A stretch of DNA of 64,000 nt, from assembly GCA_018669975.1 (NCBI GenBank), contig JABHSK010000001.1:24394-88393 (forward strand), in the 5' to 3' direction. This DNA is from Candidatus Parcubacteria bacterium (GTDB taxonomy: Bacteria; Patescibacteriota; Patescibacteriia; UBA1558; GWA2-36-10). The position numbers and the translations under genes are program-made. The first letter of the stretch is position 1; each line of letters starts with the position of its first letter. Shown in pieces: positions 51,771-59,434 of this stretch. Below the pieces are notes generated by a model. The model ran no database searches. It was given only the letters and a program-made list of their open reading frames with translations, and was not told where the DNA came from.

Positions 51771-53361
51771 GATAGACCTCTTCTTTCTTTTCTTTCATAA
51801 AACCAAGCCAATCTTCAAAAGCAGACACAAATAACTTAAACGGTGCTTCAATAATAAAATCCATCACAAAAGCAAAGACGTTTATCTTCTTAAACTTAGT
51901 AGACATCCAACGACCAGAAGCAACTATAGGTAGGGAAAAGAAATTTATTAAAAATGATACTACTCCTTCACGCTTTTGTAGAACCAAAAATTCTTTGGCA
52001 GTAGCACGAATTTTGATAGCAAAAAAGCTAACCGCTGTTAAGAAGAATAGAAATATAGCACCACTAAATAGATTGAACTCTAGGCGGCGTAATAAATAAA
52101 TAAAAGCTCCAAATACTACTACATAAAGTATTGTATACATAAAATAGTAAAAGATTTGAAAACCAGTATTTTTTCGATATTTAGTTTTAAGTTTACAGAG
52201 AATAGATTTTTCTGGACGATTATAAATCAAGTTGCTAAGATTTTGTAAAATTTTCTCTGTATTTTTCTTGCTAGGTGGTCTAACTGTCATAGTCACCAAG
52301 AACATCAATAATGGTGGGAAAACAACATTAATACCTAAGTTAATATAATTCACCTCTTTAATAATATATAACTCATATGGAAGCTCGAGGGCAACAGCCA
52401 TTAAAGCTTTGGTGATAAATATATATATAATAGCTCTAACCGATGCCTTTCTAATACGCCTACGAATAATCTTATATTTTTGATTAATTAAAATCTTAGC
52501 TTCCGATTCCAATTCAGCTGGCTCAATCAATAAATCCTTAACATCTCTTCCTTTATCTAGAATCAAACCATACAAAATTTGAAAAGTAACCACTGGCTCC
52601 TTAATTGCCTGCAATATCTTTCTTTGATAGGGATGATGCAAGTTATTCTGAATAGTATTGTAGATAGCTGGCAACTTAGTAGCAAAAAGTTTAATTAATT
52701 TATCATCTGCCTGTATCCACTGATCAAAATATAAATTCAATAAATGAAAAGAGATTATAGTGTCATCAGACTTAACTAATGACTTATGAATTGATATATA
52801 TAGTTGAATATTTTTTTCCTGAATACTAACATTTTCACCTTTAAGCTTAACACGTGATTTAGTCACTTGATACATGGCTTCAATCAATGCATCCTCCACA
52901 TCCTCTGGAGTTAATAGCATATCTATCTCACAAGCCTCTACACCAATCAACCAATTAAAATAATCATTAATTTCATCGCCGTGGTACAAATCATTCATCA
53001 ATAAATAAAGCTTGTTATATTTTTCTATAACTTTCTCTACTTCTTTAACTTTAGTTTCTGGAATACTATTGTTGGGTAGATAACGAGCTCTGATCATCTC
53101 CTCTACTAGACTCTGTGCAATGTTGGGCTTCAACATCTCCATAATAAAACGCCGTTTCAGATTTCTTTCAATCGAAAAACGACGTAATAGATGCACTTCT
53201 TTAAAATCAATACTATTTCTCAACTTTTCATACAAAGAAGCAAAATGACTAGCAATCTCCTCGACTTCTATTTTATCCTCTTCTTTACTAACCTTTTCTC
53301 GACCCTTATAAATGGCCTCTAACTTTTTGTATAAAAATATTATTTCTTGCGAAATTTTCAT
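51757..53361 (-). CDS. Conserved hypothetical protein with C-terminal TM segments
   Basis: 534-aa intact ORF; YEKLRNSIDFKEVHLLRR..IER and DFIIEAPFK motifs. Confidence 0.8.
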   Translation of the reverse strand: MKISQEIIFLYKKLEAIYKGREKVSKEEDKIEVEEIASHFASLYEKLRNSIDFKEVHLLRRFSIERNLKRRFIMEMLKPNIAQSLVEEMIRARYLPNNSIPETKVKEVEKVIEKYNKLYLLMNDLYHGDEINDYFNWLIGVEACEIDMLLTPEDVEDALIEAMYQVTKSRVKLKGENVSIQEKNIQLYISIHKSLVKSDDTIISFHLLNLYFDQWIQADDKLIKLFATKLPAIYNTIQNNLHHPYQRKILQAIKEPVVTFQILYGLILDKGRDVKDLLIEPAELESEAKILINQKYKIIRRRIRKASVRAIIYIFITKALMAVALELPYELYIIKEVNYINLGINVVFPPLLMFLVTMTVRPPSKKNTEKILQNLSNLIYNRPEKSILCKLKTKYRKNTGFQIFYYFMYTILYVVVFGAFIYLLRRLEFNLFSGAIFLFFLTAVSFFAIKIRATAKEFLVLQKREGVVSFLINFFSLPIVASGRWMSTKFKKINVFAFVMDFIIEAPFKLFVSAFEDWLGFMKEKKEEVYHDNK

Positions 53362-53501
53362 AGCTTTAAAATACCATAAATCAGCTTTTTTTTCAATCTA
53401 TGCCTAGTATTTTAAACAAATAAAAAAAGGGGCGAGATTTCTCTCGTCCCCCTGTTGATTTGAGCTTGTTTCACCTAATGGTGATTCAAACTACTGGGCA
53501 G

Positions 53502-54497
53502 CTACTTGCCACCCTTGCCGTTGAGGTTCATGAGCCAACCGGACCCGTCGGGCATGATATTGGCCGGCAAGGAGCCGTTCCACTTCTCAGCCGCGATCTT
53601 CTGGGCCTCGGCCTGGATCTTCTGGATATCCAGCTCACGGACCATGATGGCCGCGTCCTGTGCCCGAGCAAACTCCTCGGCCGCTTTACGTGAAGCAGTA
53701 GCCGTGGCTACGGTCTGCTTGTTGAGCTCATCCTGTGCCAGCTTATTCTGAGCTGCAGTCTGGACGCTGAGTTCAGCCAGGAACCGGTTGTTGATACCGG
53801 TCTGGATCTCCTCGTCCTCGTAGATCAGCCCCTCGGCGTAACCAAGGTTGTCGATAGTAATACCGGTCTCCTTGAAATGCTCACGAGTAGCGGCGTAGAC
53901 GCGATCAAAGATCTCGGCTTTGGCACCGCGACCGTCAACCAACTCCAGGGAGCCGAACTCCCGAGAGAGAATCGAGGTGACGTAACCACGCACGTTCTCA
54001 TCGACCACAGCCGACAAAGGCTTACCGGCGTACCAGTACAAGAAAGTCGCCGCGTCGTCCTCACGAACGAAGGAGGTGATATTGACGCCGATGGCGAAAC
54101 CGATGGACTCCTTGGACTCGACATGGATGGCTTCGTTGGCATTCGAGGTGCCGCTGGCGCTATCCTGCGTCCATTCACGAGTAACGGGTTTGCGATCAAC
54201 CTTGATCACGCGCACCGTCGGAATCCATTCAAAATTCCAACTGCGACGACCATTCTTCCTCTTACGCAGAGGAATAGTGACTCGCTTGGCCGCGACCTTG
54301 GCGTCCTCCAGGAAATCCACGGACATGAACTTGCCCTGGGTATCCATGTTGGCGCCTTCCATCGGCACCACGAAAGCAGTTTCGTTGGTGTCGATCTCTT
54401 CGACCACTTCGACTTCGGCCGGACCCCTGCAGCCAGTAAAGGCAAACATGGCGATCAGGCCAACGACGATCAGAGACAGGTACTTGAAATTCTTCAT
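53502..54497 (-). CDS. SPFH/band-7-like lipoprotein (high GC)
   Basis: Lipobox FTGC, band-7-like core (ESKESIGF..GITIDNLG), coiled coil, KWNGSLP end; GAGGAGG SD. Confidence 0.75.
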   Translation of the reverse strand: MKNFKYLSLIVVGLIAMFAFTGCRGPAEVEVVEEIDTNETAFVVPMEGANMDTQGKFMSVDFLEDAKVAAKRVTIPLRKRKNGRRSWNFEWIPTVRVIKVDRKPVTREWTQDSASGTSNANEAIHVESKESIGFAIGVNITSFVREDDAATFLYWYAGKPLSAVVDENVRGYVTSILSREFGSLELVDGRGAKAEIFDRVYAATREHFKETGITIDNLGYAEGLIYEDEEIQTGINNRFLAELSVQTAAQNKLAQDELNKQTVATATASRKAAEEFARAQDAAIMVRELDIQKIQAEAQKIAAEKWNGSLPANIMPDGSGWLMNLNGKGGK

Positions 54498-54587
54498 TCT
54501 GTTTCCTCCTCAAGAGGTTCTGAAAGGTTTGAAACGGTTTTGAAACACGATATTCGTGAACAAATATACTAGCAGAGAAAAATAGAA

Positions 54588-54887
54588 CTACTCGTTACTA
54601 TCCGGGGCACTGTTGTACCTACCCAACTTGACCACATACGGAATCCAGGTCAAACCCAGCAGAATAAATCCTGCCCAGTTGATCATGCGTGGGATGGCAT
54701 GCAGTGCGACAGCGCGGCCGGCGACATAGTCGACATCACTGTTGTTGAGCTGCTTGACCGCAACTCCGGCCTCGATGGGACCCTGCGAAGCATTGTAGAC
54801 CTGAATGGTCACAATCCACAGAATCACAAAGATAATTGTGAAAATCATCCTGGCCTTGAAATTGGGCCTACCGATCATCTTACTCAT
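54588..54887 (-). CDS. Two-TM partner protein upstream of SPFH gene
   Basis: AAGGAGG SD before ATG 54887; elevated GC like neighbour. Confidence 0.75.
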   Translation of the reverse strand: MSKMIGRPNFKARMIFTIIFVILWIVTIQVYNASQGPIEAGVAVKQLNNSDVDYVAGRAVALHAIPRMINWAGFILLGLTWIPYVVKLGRYNSAPDSNE

Positions 54888-55102
54888 GTTTTGCCTCCTT
54901 AATGGCAAATGGTGATTGATTGGGAAACAACGATTTTACCGAATCTATTTTAAATCCTTGCGTTCAAGGCAGTAAAAAAATATACACGATAATAACAGAC
55001 TACATTAGCATAATACCTTGATTTTGTCAAGTATTAAGCTAAAAACCTTAAAAAAATAGGTAAATAAAAAGGACTCCAATTTGGAGCCCCTAATCTGATA
55101 GT

Positions 55103-55741
55103 TTAGCTATCAAGACTAAAGCTTTTCTCTGGCATACCAGGACAAGTGCCTCGCGGACCGAGAGTAGCCATAAAAACAAGGTTGCTCTGCCAGCTAATAT
55201 CACCCAATTCGGAAGCTATTTCCATAGCCATGGGAAGCAAATCAGCCTCTGGCAACACTGACAAAGTGATATGTGGTACAAACGTATCCATGGTCAATGG
55301 ATTACCCCATTTGGCCAAGTTTTTACGCCGAGCAGCACCTATATCAACTTCGCCTGTTAGACAGCCGGAATGTAAGCCAGTGATAAAATCCTGACGAAGT
55401 TCATTGATATCTTTGACCAGTTGGCGATGAATTCCCAACAACGCATCAGTCATATTTACATTCCAAAAAATAGCATTACCAGGATACTCACTGACACCAC
55501 TAAGGGTTAATTCGAGAGGCTTTTTACCCCAAAATGTTCTTTCCATGACAGAATCAACCGCAACTATATTTTCTACTGGAAAAGCAAATTGATGAATAGT
55601 AATGTGCGGAATAGCACTTTCCTCACTGAGGACTAAATCACTACCATGGGCAGCAATTTTTCTACTAACATCAATGGCTATTTGCCTGATTTCTTCAGGC
55701 GGAATAATCACTATGTTGCAGCTTAAAACTCTGGGAAACAT
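55103..55741 (-). CDS. 2H phosphoesterase (LigT/2'-5' RNA ligase superfamily)
   Basis: Two HxT motifs PHITI and PHITL; own promoter and SD. Confidence 0.8.
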   Translation of the reverse strand: MFPRVLSCNIVIIPPEEIRQIAIDVSRKIAAHGSDLVLSEESAIPHITIHQFAFPVENIVAVDSVMERTFWGKKPLELTLSGVSEYPGNAIFWNVNMTDALLGIHRQLVKDINELRQDFITGLHSGCLTGEVDIGAARRKNLAKWGNPLTMDTFVPHITLSVLPEADLLPMAMEIASELGDISWQSNLVFMATLGPRGTCPGMPEKSFSLDS

Positions 55742-55826
55742 GAGCCACCTCTTTCTTGTAGGGTTTAAGGTTCAGAAAAAATACATATTAAATTAACATA
55801 AAATACTTATTTATGTCAATGAGCAT

Positions 55827-55855
55827 TGACAAATCATGAAACATGTGTTAGTTTC
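55827..55855 (+). promoter_or_regulatory. Promoter for riboswitch leader
   Basis: TTGACA-17 nt-(TGn)TAGTTT; back-to-back with the minus-strand TTGACA promoter of the 2H gene. Confidence 0.6.
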
Positions 55856-55880
55856 AAAATGTTTACAATTGAATATCTAA

Positions 55881-55952
55881 CAATGAAGCAATGAACGACT
55901 GTCTATATTTGGACGCTTGGATAGTCGGGAGCTAGTAGCGTAACCGGCATTG
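55881..55952 (+). promoter_or_regulatory. c-di-GMP-II-like riboswitch aptamer 1
   Basis: P1 caatg/cattg; kink-turn TGAA..GGAG; stem cgactgtct/ggatagtcg; pseudoknot ACGC/GCGT; GAGCTAGTAGCGTAACCGG core. Confidence 0.85.
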
Positions 55953-55981
55953 GCAATAAATTTAATTTGCTTATTTTGTCG

Positions 55982-56007
55982 GAGACGCCTACCTTAGGTG
56001 TTTTTTT
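55982..56007 (+). terminator. Expression-platform terminator 1
   Basis: gagacgccta-cct-taggtgtttt + T-run. Confidence 0.75.
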
Positions 56008-56036
56008 AGTATAAGTACCTTATAAAATAAGTAAAA

Positions 56037-56108
56037 TGATGAGGTGTTGAACCATAGTCTATATTTGGACGCTTGGATTATGGGGAGCTAGTAGCGTAAC
56101 CGGCATTA
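56037..56108 (+). promoter_or_regulatory. c-di-GMP-II-like riboswitch aptamer 2
   Basis: Same core with compensatory stem ccatagtct/ggattatgg; P1 tgatg/catta. Confidence 0.85.
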
Positions 56109-56128
56109 AGCTGGTTTTAGGTACAAAC

Positions 56129-56158
56129 AAAACACCTCATTTTTCGAAGGTGTTTTTT
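56129..56158 (+). terminator. Expression-platform terminator 2
   Basis: aaaacacct...aggtgtttt + TT; 5' arm complementary to aptamer-2 5' strand. Confidence 0.7.
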
Positions 56159-56184
56159 GATAGTCACATCATGGAGGTGCAACA

Positions 56185-56625
56185 TTGGCTAGAATCGCTG
56201 TTTTTGATACGACCTATACTTCTATACGAACCATCTATTATGCCCTAGAGGGTGAAGGACATCAAGTAGTAACTAATGTTTTCCCAGAAAAAGTTTATGG
56301 GAAATTAGTTATGAAAATGGTAACTGACCCCCTTAGTTTGGTGACTAAAATTTTGACCCCCAGACTGGTTGATGGACAAGTCGTAAGACCTATCCCTGAT
56401 GTTTTCATCATAGATTTTCTTAATCTAGATGGTGAAAAAATAGCCAGCATACTCAAGCAAATACATAGTACTAGATCTGTACCAGTAATTGCCTTGAGTC
56501 ATAAAGGGAAAAATATAGATCGTCAAAAGTTACTTCAACTCTACGGCACTCACTATATTCCTAAACCATTTAATGTGTGGAATGTGGTTGATCACGTGGA
56601 AACTTTCCTAGGTGTCACTTGCTAG
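56185..56625 (+). CDS. Stand-alone atypical receiver (REC) domain protein
   Basis: RIAVFD, PDVFIID, LDG, VPVIALS, YIPKPF; GGAGGT SD before TTG. Confidence 0.8.
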   Translation: MARIAVFDTTYTSIRTIYYALEGEGHQVVTNVFPEKVYGKLVMKMVTDPLSLVTKILTPRLVDGQVVRPIPDVFIIDFLNLDGEKIASILKQIHSTRSVPVIALSHKGKNIDRQKLLQLYGTHYIPKPFNVWNVVDHVETFLGVTC

Positions 56626-56667
56626 TGGCTGGGGGGGGGAACTAAAACCTAGGAAAGGAGGCACATA

Positions 56668-56733
56668 ATGGAAATTATGACGATCGTCATGGGTCTGTCC
56701 CTGATCGATCTCTTTTGGTGGCTGAGGAAATAA
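56668..56733 (+). CDS. 21-aa hydrophobic peptide 1 (MEIMTIVMGLSLIDLFWWLRK)
   Basis: AAGGAGG SD 6 nt before ATG; paralog at 56934 with synonymous codon differences. Confidence 0.75.
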   Translation: MEIMTIVMGLSLIDLFWWLRK

Positions 56734-56834
56734 TCTCAGCAAATCGTTAATGATGTCTAGAATAGAAGTTGAAACTATCAATATCTGAGTAGCATCATTC
56801 GGATGCTACCAATCGCCTGTCTATCGACAGGCCG

Positions 56835-56879
56835 AGGGACTCGTCACTGCATAATTCCCCCCAGTGCATACGAGTCCCT
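56835..56879 (+). repeat. Conserved terminal hairpin, unit 1
   Basis: agggactcgt-cactg-(C-rich loop)-cagtg-cat-acgagtccct. Confidence 0.8.
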
Positions 56880-56933
56880 TTCGATATTTACTGGAGGATG
56901 CTAATCGCTTATATTGAAAGTGAGGTGAAAACT

Positions 56934-56999
56934 ATGGCTTTCGAGGTTATTCTCATCGCTATTGGCGTTGCGGATATCTTCTGGTGGCTGCGTAAGTAG
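56934..56999 (+). CDS. 21-aa hydrophobic peptide 2 (MAFEVILIAIGVADIFWWLRK)
   Basis: GAGGTG SD; same length and C-terminus as peptide 1. Confidence 0.75.
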   Translation: MAFEVILIAIGVADIFWWLRK

Positions 57000-57067
57000 C
57001 TACCAAGATAGCAACTAGTATCTTCAATTAATATTTATACAGATAGTGCCGCCCGGGTACTATTGTC

Positions 57068-57117
57068 AGAGACTCGTCACTGCCCATTTCCTCCAGTGCA
57101 TACGGGTCTCTTTTTTT
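57068..57117 (+). terminator. Conserved terminal hairpin/terminator, unit 2
   Basis: agagactcgt-cactg-(loop)-cagtg-cat-acgggtctct + T-run. Confidence 0.8.
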
Positions 57118-57156
57118 AAAACAAAAAATCGGATATTACTACCCGATTTTTATAAA

Positions 57157-57921
57157 TTATTTTTCAATCACTGAACCCGAACCAGATATCTTTTGAATAA
57201 CTGTGGCCTTACCACTGTATTCCACATCACCACTACCTTCTATATTTACATCCAAATCCATTTCTGCGACTACCTTAACACTTCCTGAGCCTTCGATATT
57301 TACAGACGTACTATCTGTAGCTAGAGCAGCAGCCTTGATATCACCTGAACCTTCGATATTAGTAGAATGCCTAATAGTTGAACCCTTGAGATTCATCTCT
57401 CCAGAACCAGCGATTGTTGAATCCAATTCTTTTACATCTAGATCTAGCTCAACATAACCTGAACCGTTAATACGTAAATCTAAATTCTCGGTAGTCAGTG
57501 GAGTTTCACCAATTATACTACCAGAACCATTGATAGTTAAATTATCTATATCTGGAATCGTTACATAAACATTAACTGACACAAAACTAATTGTTAGAGG
57601 TTTAAGAGAAACTCTCAGGGTACCATCCCTGACCTCAACTATTAATTTCTCCATAATCTTTTCGTCAGCATCCACCTTTACTAACTGCTCTTCTCCTTGA
57701 GATATGTATAGATTACCAGCTACATCAAAATCAACTCTAGAAAATTCTTCTAATTCAAATTCTTCTGATATTATCTTACCGGTGCCAAAGAAATTCTCCT
57801 TAGAAAATATATCCTTAACTTCATCTTCTAGGCCATTTCTACCAATATACAAACCAACAAAAAATACAGCCACTACCACTATCAACCATAGTAAACCGCT
57901 TCCTTTTTGATTTTTTAGCAT
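57157..57921 (-). CDS. DUF2807/GIN beta-helix adhesin-head-like membrane-anchored protein
   Basis: N-terminal KG-TM; repeated I-x-G-S-G motifs. Confidence 0.85.
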   Translation of the reverse strand: MLKNQKGSGLLWLIVVVAVFFVGLYIGRNGLEDEVKDIFSKENFFGTGKIISEEFELEEFSRVDFDVAGNLYISQGEEQLVKVDADEKIMEKLIVEVRDGTLRVSLKPLTISFVSVNVYVTIPDIDNLTINGSGSIIGETPLTTENLDLRINGSGYVELDLDVKELDSTIAGSGEMNLKGSTIRHSTNIEGSGDIKAAALATDSTSVNIEGSGSVKVVAEMDLDVNIEGSGDVEYSGKATVIQKISGSGSVIEK

Positions 57922-58065
57922 AGTTTAAAACATTAATTTATTAATACATGTATTTTAACATTTTTTTGACATAAATTAAAATACTTAGATAATATTGACT
58001 AAATTAATAAATCATACTAATATGCATGGTCGTATTTGGAACCTTAAAACTCAAGGAGGAAAAAG

Positions 58066-58704
58066 ATGAGTCCTGAGAGGATATCAGTAATAATTCAACA
58101 AAAGATTGAAGCCTATGATCCCAGTGGAAATCTTGACCACACTGCTCGCTTGATTCTTGCCCTAATGTCTCTTAGACACTCCCGAACTAAATTACATGTC
58201 GAACGTGTAGCCCTGATGGCTGAAGAAGTGGCCTCTGATATGGGTAAAGATGCTCGGCAAGCTTTTTTTAGCGGACTACTGCATGACATCGGCAAGCTAG
58301 TCTTGCCCTACCACCTATTTGCTGATCAATCAATCACTGATGATGAATTTTCTGAAATTACCAGCCACGCTGCAGCCGGACACAAAGTCCTAGAACCATT
58401 CCATCTCTATACCGCGCTAGTAGCTGGCATTCATCATCGTGCTCAAGACCGTGGCTACGGTCTAACACTAACAGACTTCCCAGAAGACATGCCTTTGTCG
58501 CAGGTCAAGAAAGTTCTCAATATTGCCGTCATAGTCGGCGTCTGTGATTTTATTGATGCCTGGCAAAACCGTGGTGACACCCTCCGTGATGGACGTAAAA
58601 AAACAGACCTTGATTTACGCAGTCTGCTTCTGGAAAAATATCCCGATGATAGCCAAGTTGTTGACTTGGCCCTAGTAGCTGCGGACAAAGTCCGTACCAT
58701 CTGA
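58066..58704 (+). CDS. HD-domain phosphohydrolase, HD-GYP-like with degenerate GYP motif
   Basis: HVERVA, LLHDIGK, HAAAG, HHRAQDRGYG, VCDFIDAW; AAGGAGG SD. Confidence 0.8.
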   Translation: MSPERISVIIQQKIEAYDPSGNLDHTARLILALMSLRHSRTKLHVERVALMAEEVASDMGKDARQAFFSGLLHDIGKLVLPYHLFADQSITDDEFSEITSHAAAGHKVLEPFHLYTALVAGIHHRAQDRGYGLTLTDFPEDMPLSQVKKVLNIAVIVGVCDFIDAWQNRGDTLRDGRKKTDLDLRSLLLEKYPDDSQVVDLALVAADKVRTI

Positions 58705-58975
58705 TATATGGACCTACTCTCTGAGTGGGTCTTTTTTTATAAAATAAAAAGGACTGACAAGGTCAGTCCCGTATAATCGCTAATCACCAAAAATTTTCAC
58801 ATAAGGTCTTATTGTCAATTAAATAAAAAATAAAAAACTGAGCTTTAGGCTCAGATTTTTTGATGGCTCGGGGCGCTGGACTATTGTCCAGCATCTTAGG
58901 TCGCTCCTATCGGATCATTGTTTGTGGTTTTGAACCAAAAATAAAAACCCGAACAAAAGTTCAGATTCTTATTTT

Positions 58976-59049
58976 TGGCTCGGGGACAGGGGCTCGAACC
59001 CCGATTGCCTGGACCAAAACCAGGTGTCCTACCATTAGACGATCCCCGA
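58976..59049 (-). tRNA. tRNA-Gln(TTG)
   Basis: Same body as 15363..15436 with anticodon TTG; encoded CCA; TTGACA-17-TATTAT promoter upstream. Confidence 0.95.
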
Positions 59050-59158
59050 ACAAGGAAAATACGCAACAATAATACTATATTTTACTACTTATGTCAACTA
59101 TATAAAATTAAATTTCCCCCGCTGGATTAGAACCACACGAGGGAAATATTTACGGAGC

Positions 59159-59434
59159 CTAGCCCCGAAGTTGGCGCCTTGCCCTCTCCAGATCAGCTGC
59201 CCGCTGCGCCCTTAATTCGTCCCTTCTAAGGTCGAATTGCTCCCTCGAAGGAAGGAGGTGCGTAGTGGGTAGCTCTGGAAGAGAACGACACGCTTCCGGA
59301 AGAATAGGCCTTGACCCTCTTGGGTCAGGAAGCACTCTACGCACTTCCGGGAGCCTAGGAGACTTTTCTGACAAGCCTCTAAGCTGCTGCCTAGCTTCCG
59401 AAAAACTAGCAATGAACCTTGACCACCAAGCCAT
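59159..59434 (-). CDS. Hypothetical protein
   Basis: AAGGAGG SD, TTGACA promoter, downstream hairpin; elevated GC. Confidence 0.6.
   Translation of the reverse strand: MAWWSRFIASFSEARQQLRGLSEKSPRLPEVRRVLPDPRGSRPILPEACRSLPELPTTHLLPSREQFDLRRDELRAQRAADLERARRQLRG

Noticed and set aside
53460-54572. Multiple overlapping ORFs including a 231-aa plus-strand ORF
   Set aside because: Expected shadow frames of a GC-rich gene; no SD or recognisable motifs
55791-55820. dif-like site (TTATGTTAATT arm)
   Set aside because: Spacing between arms is not 6 bp; better explained as a TTGACA...TGnTAATTT promoter
55881-57117. CRISPR array or integron attC cassettes suggested by the repeats
   Set aside because: Only two copies of each repeat, no regular spacers, no cas or integrase, no RYYYAAC/GTTRRRY ends; the repeats are explained by RNA structure
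56668-57117. Trp attenuator (tandem TGG TGG in short ORFs)
   Set aside because: No downstream co-oriented biosynthetic gene, and conservation covers the hydrophobic pattern and D..WWLRK rather than just Trp codons; not fully excluded
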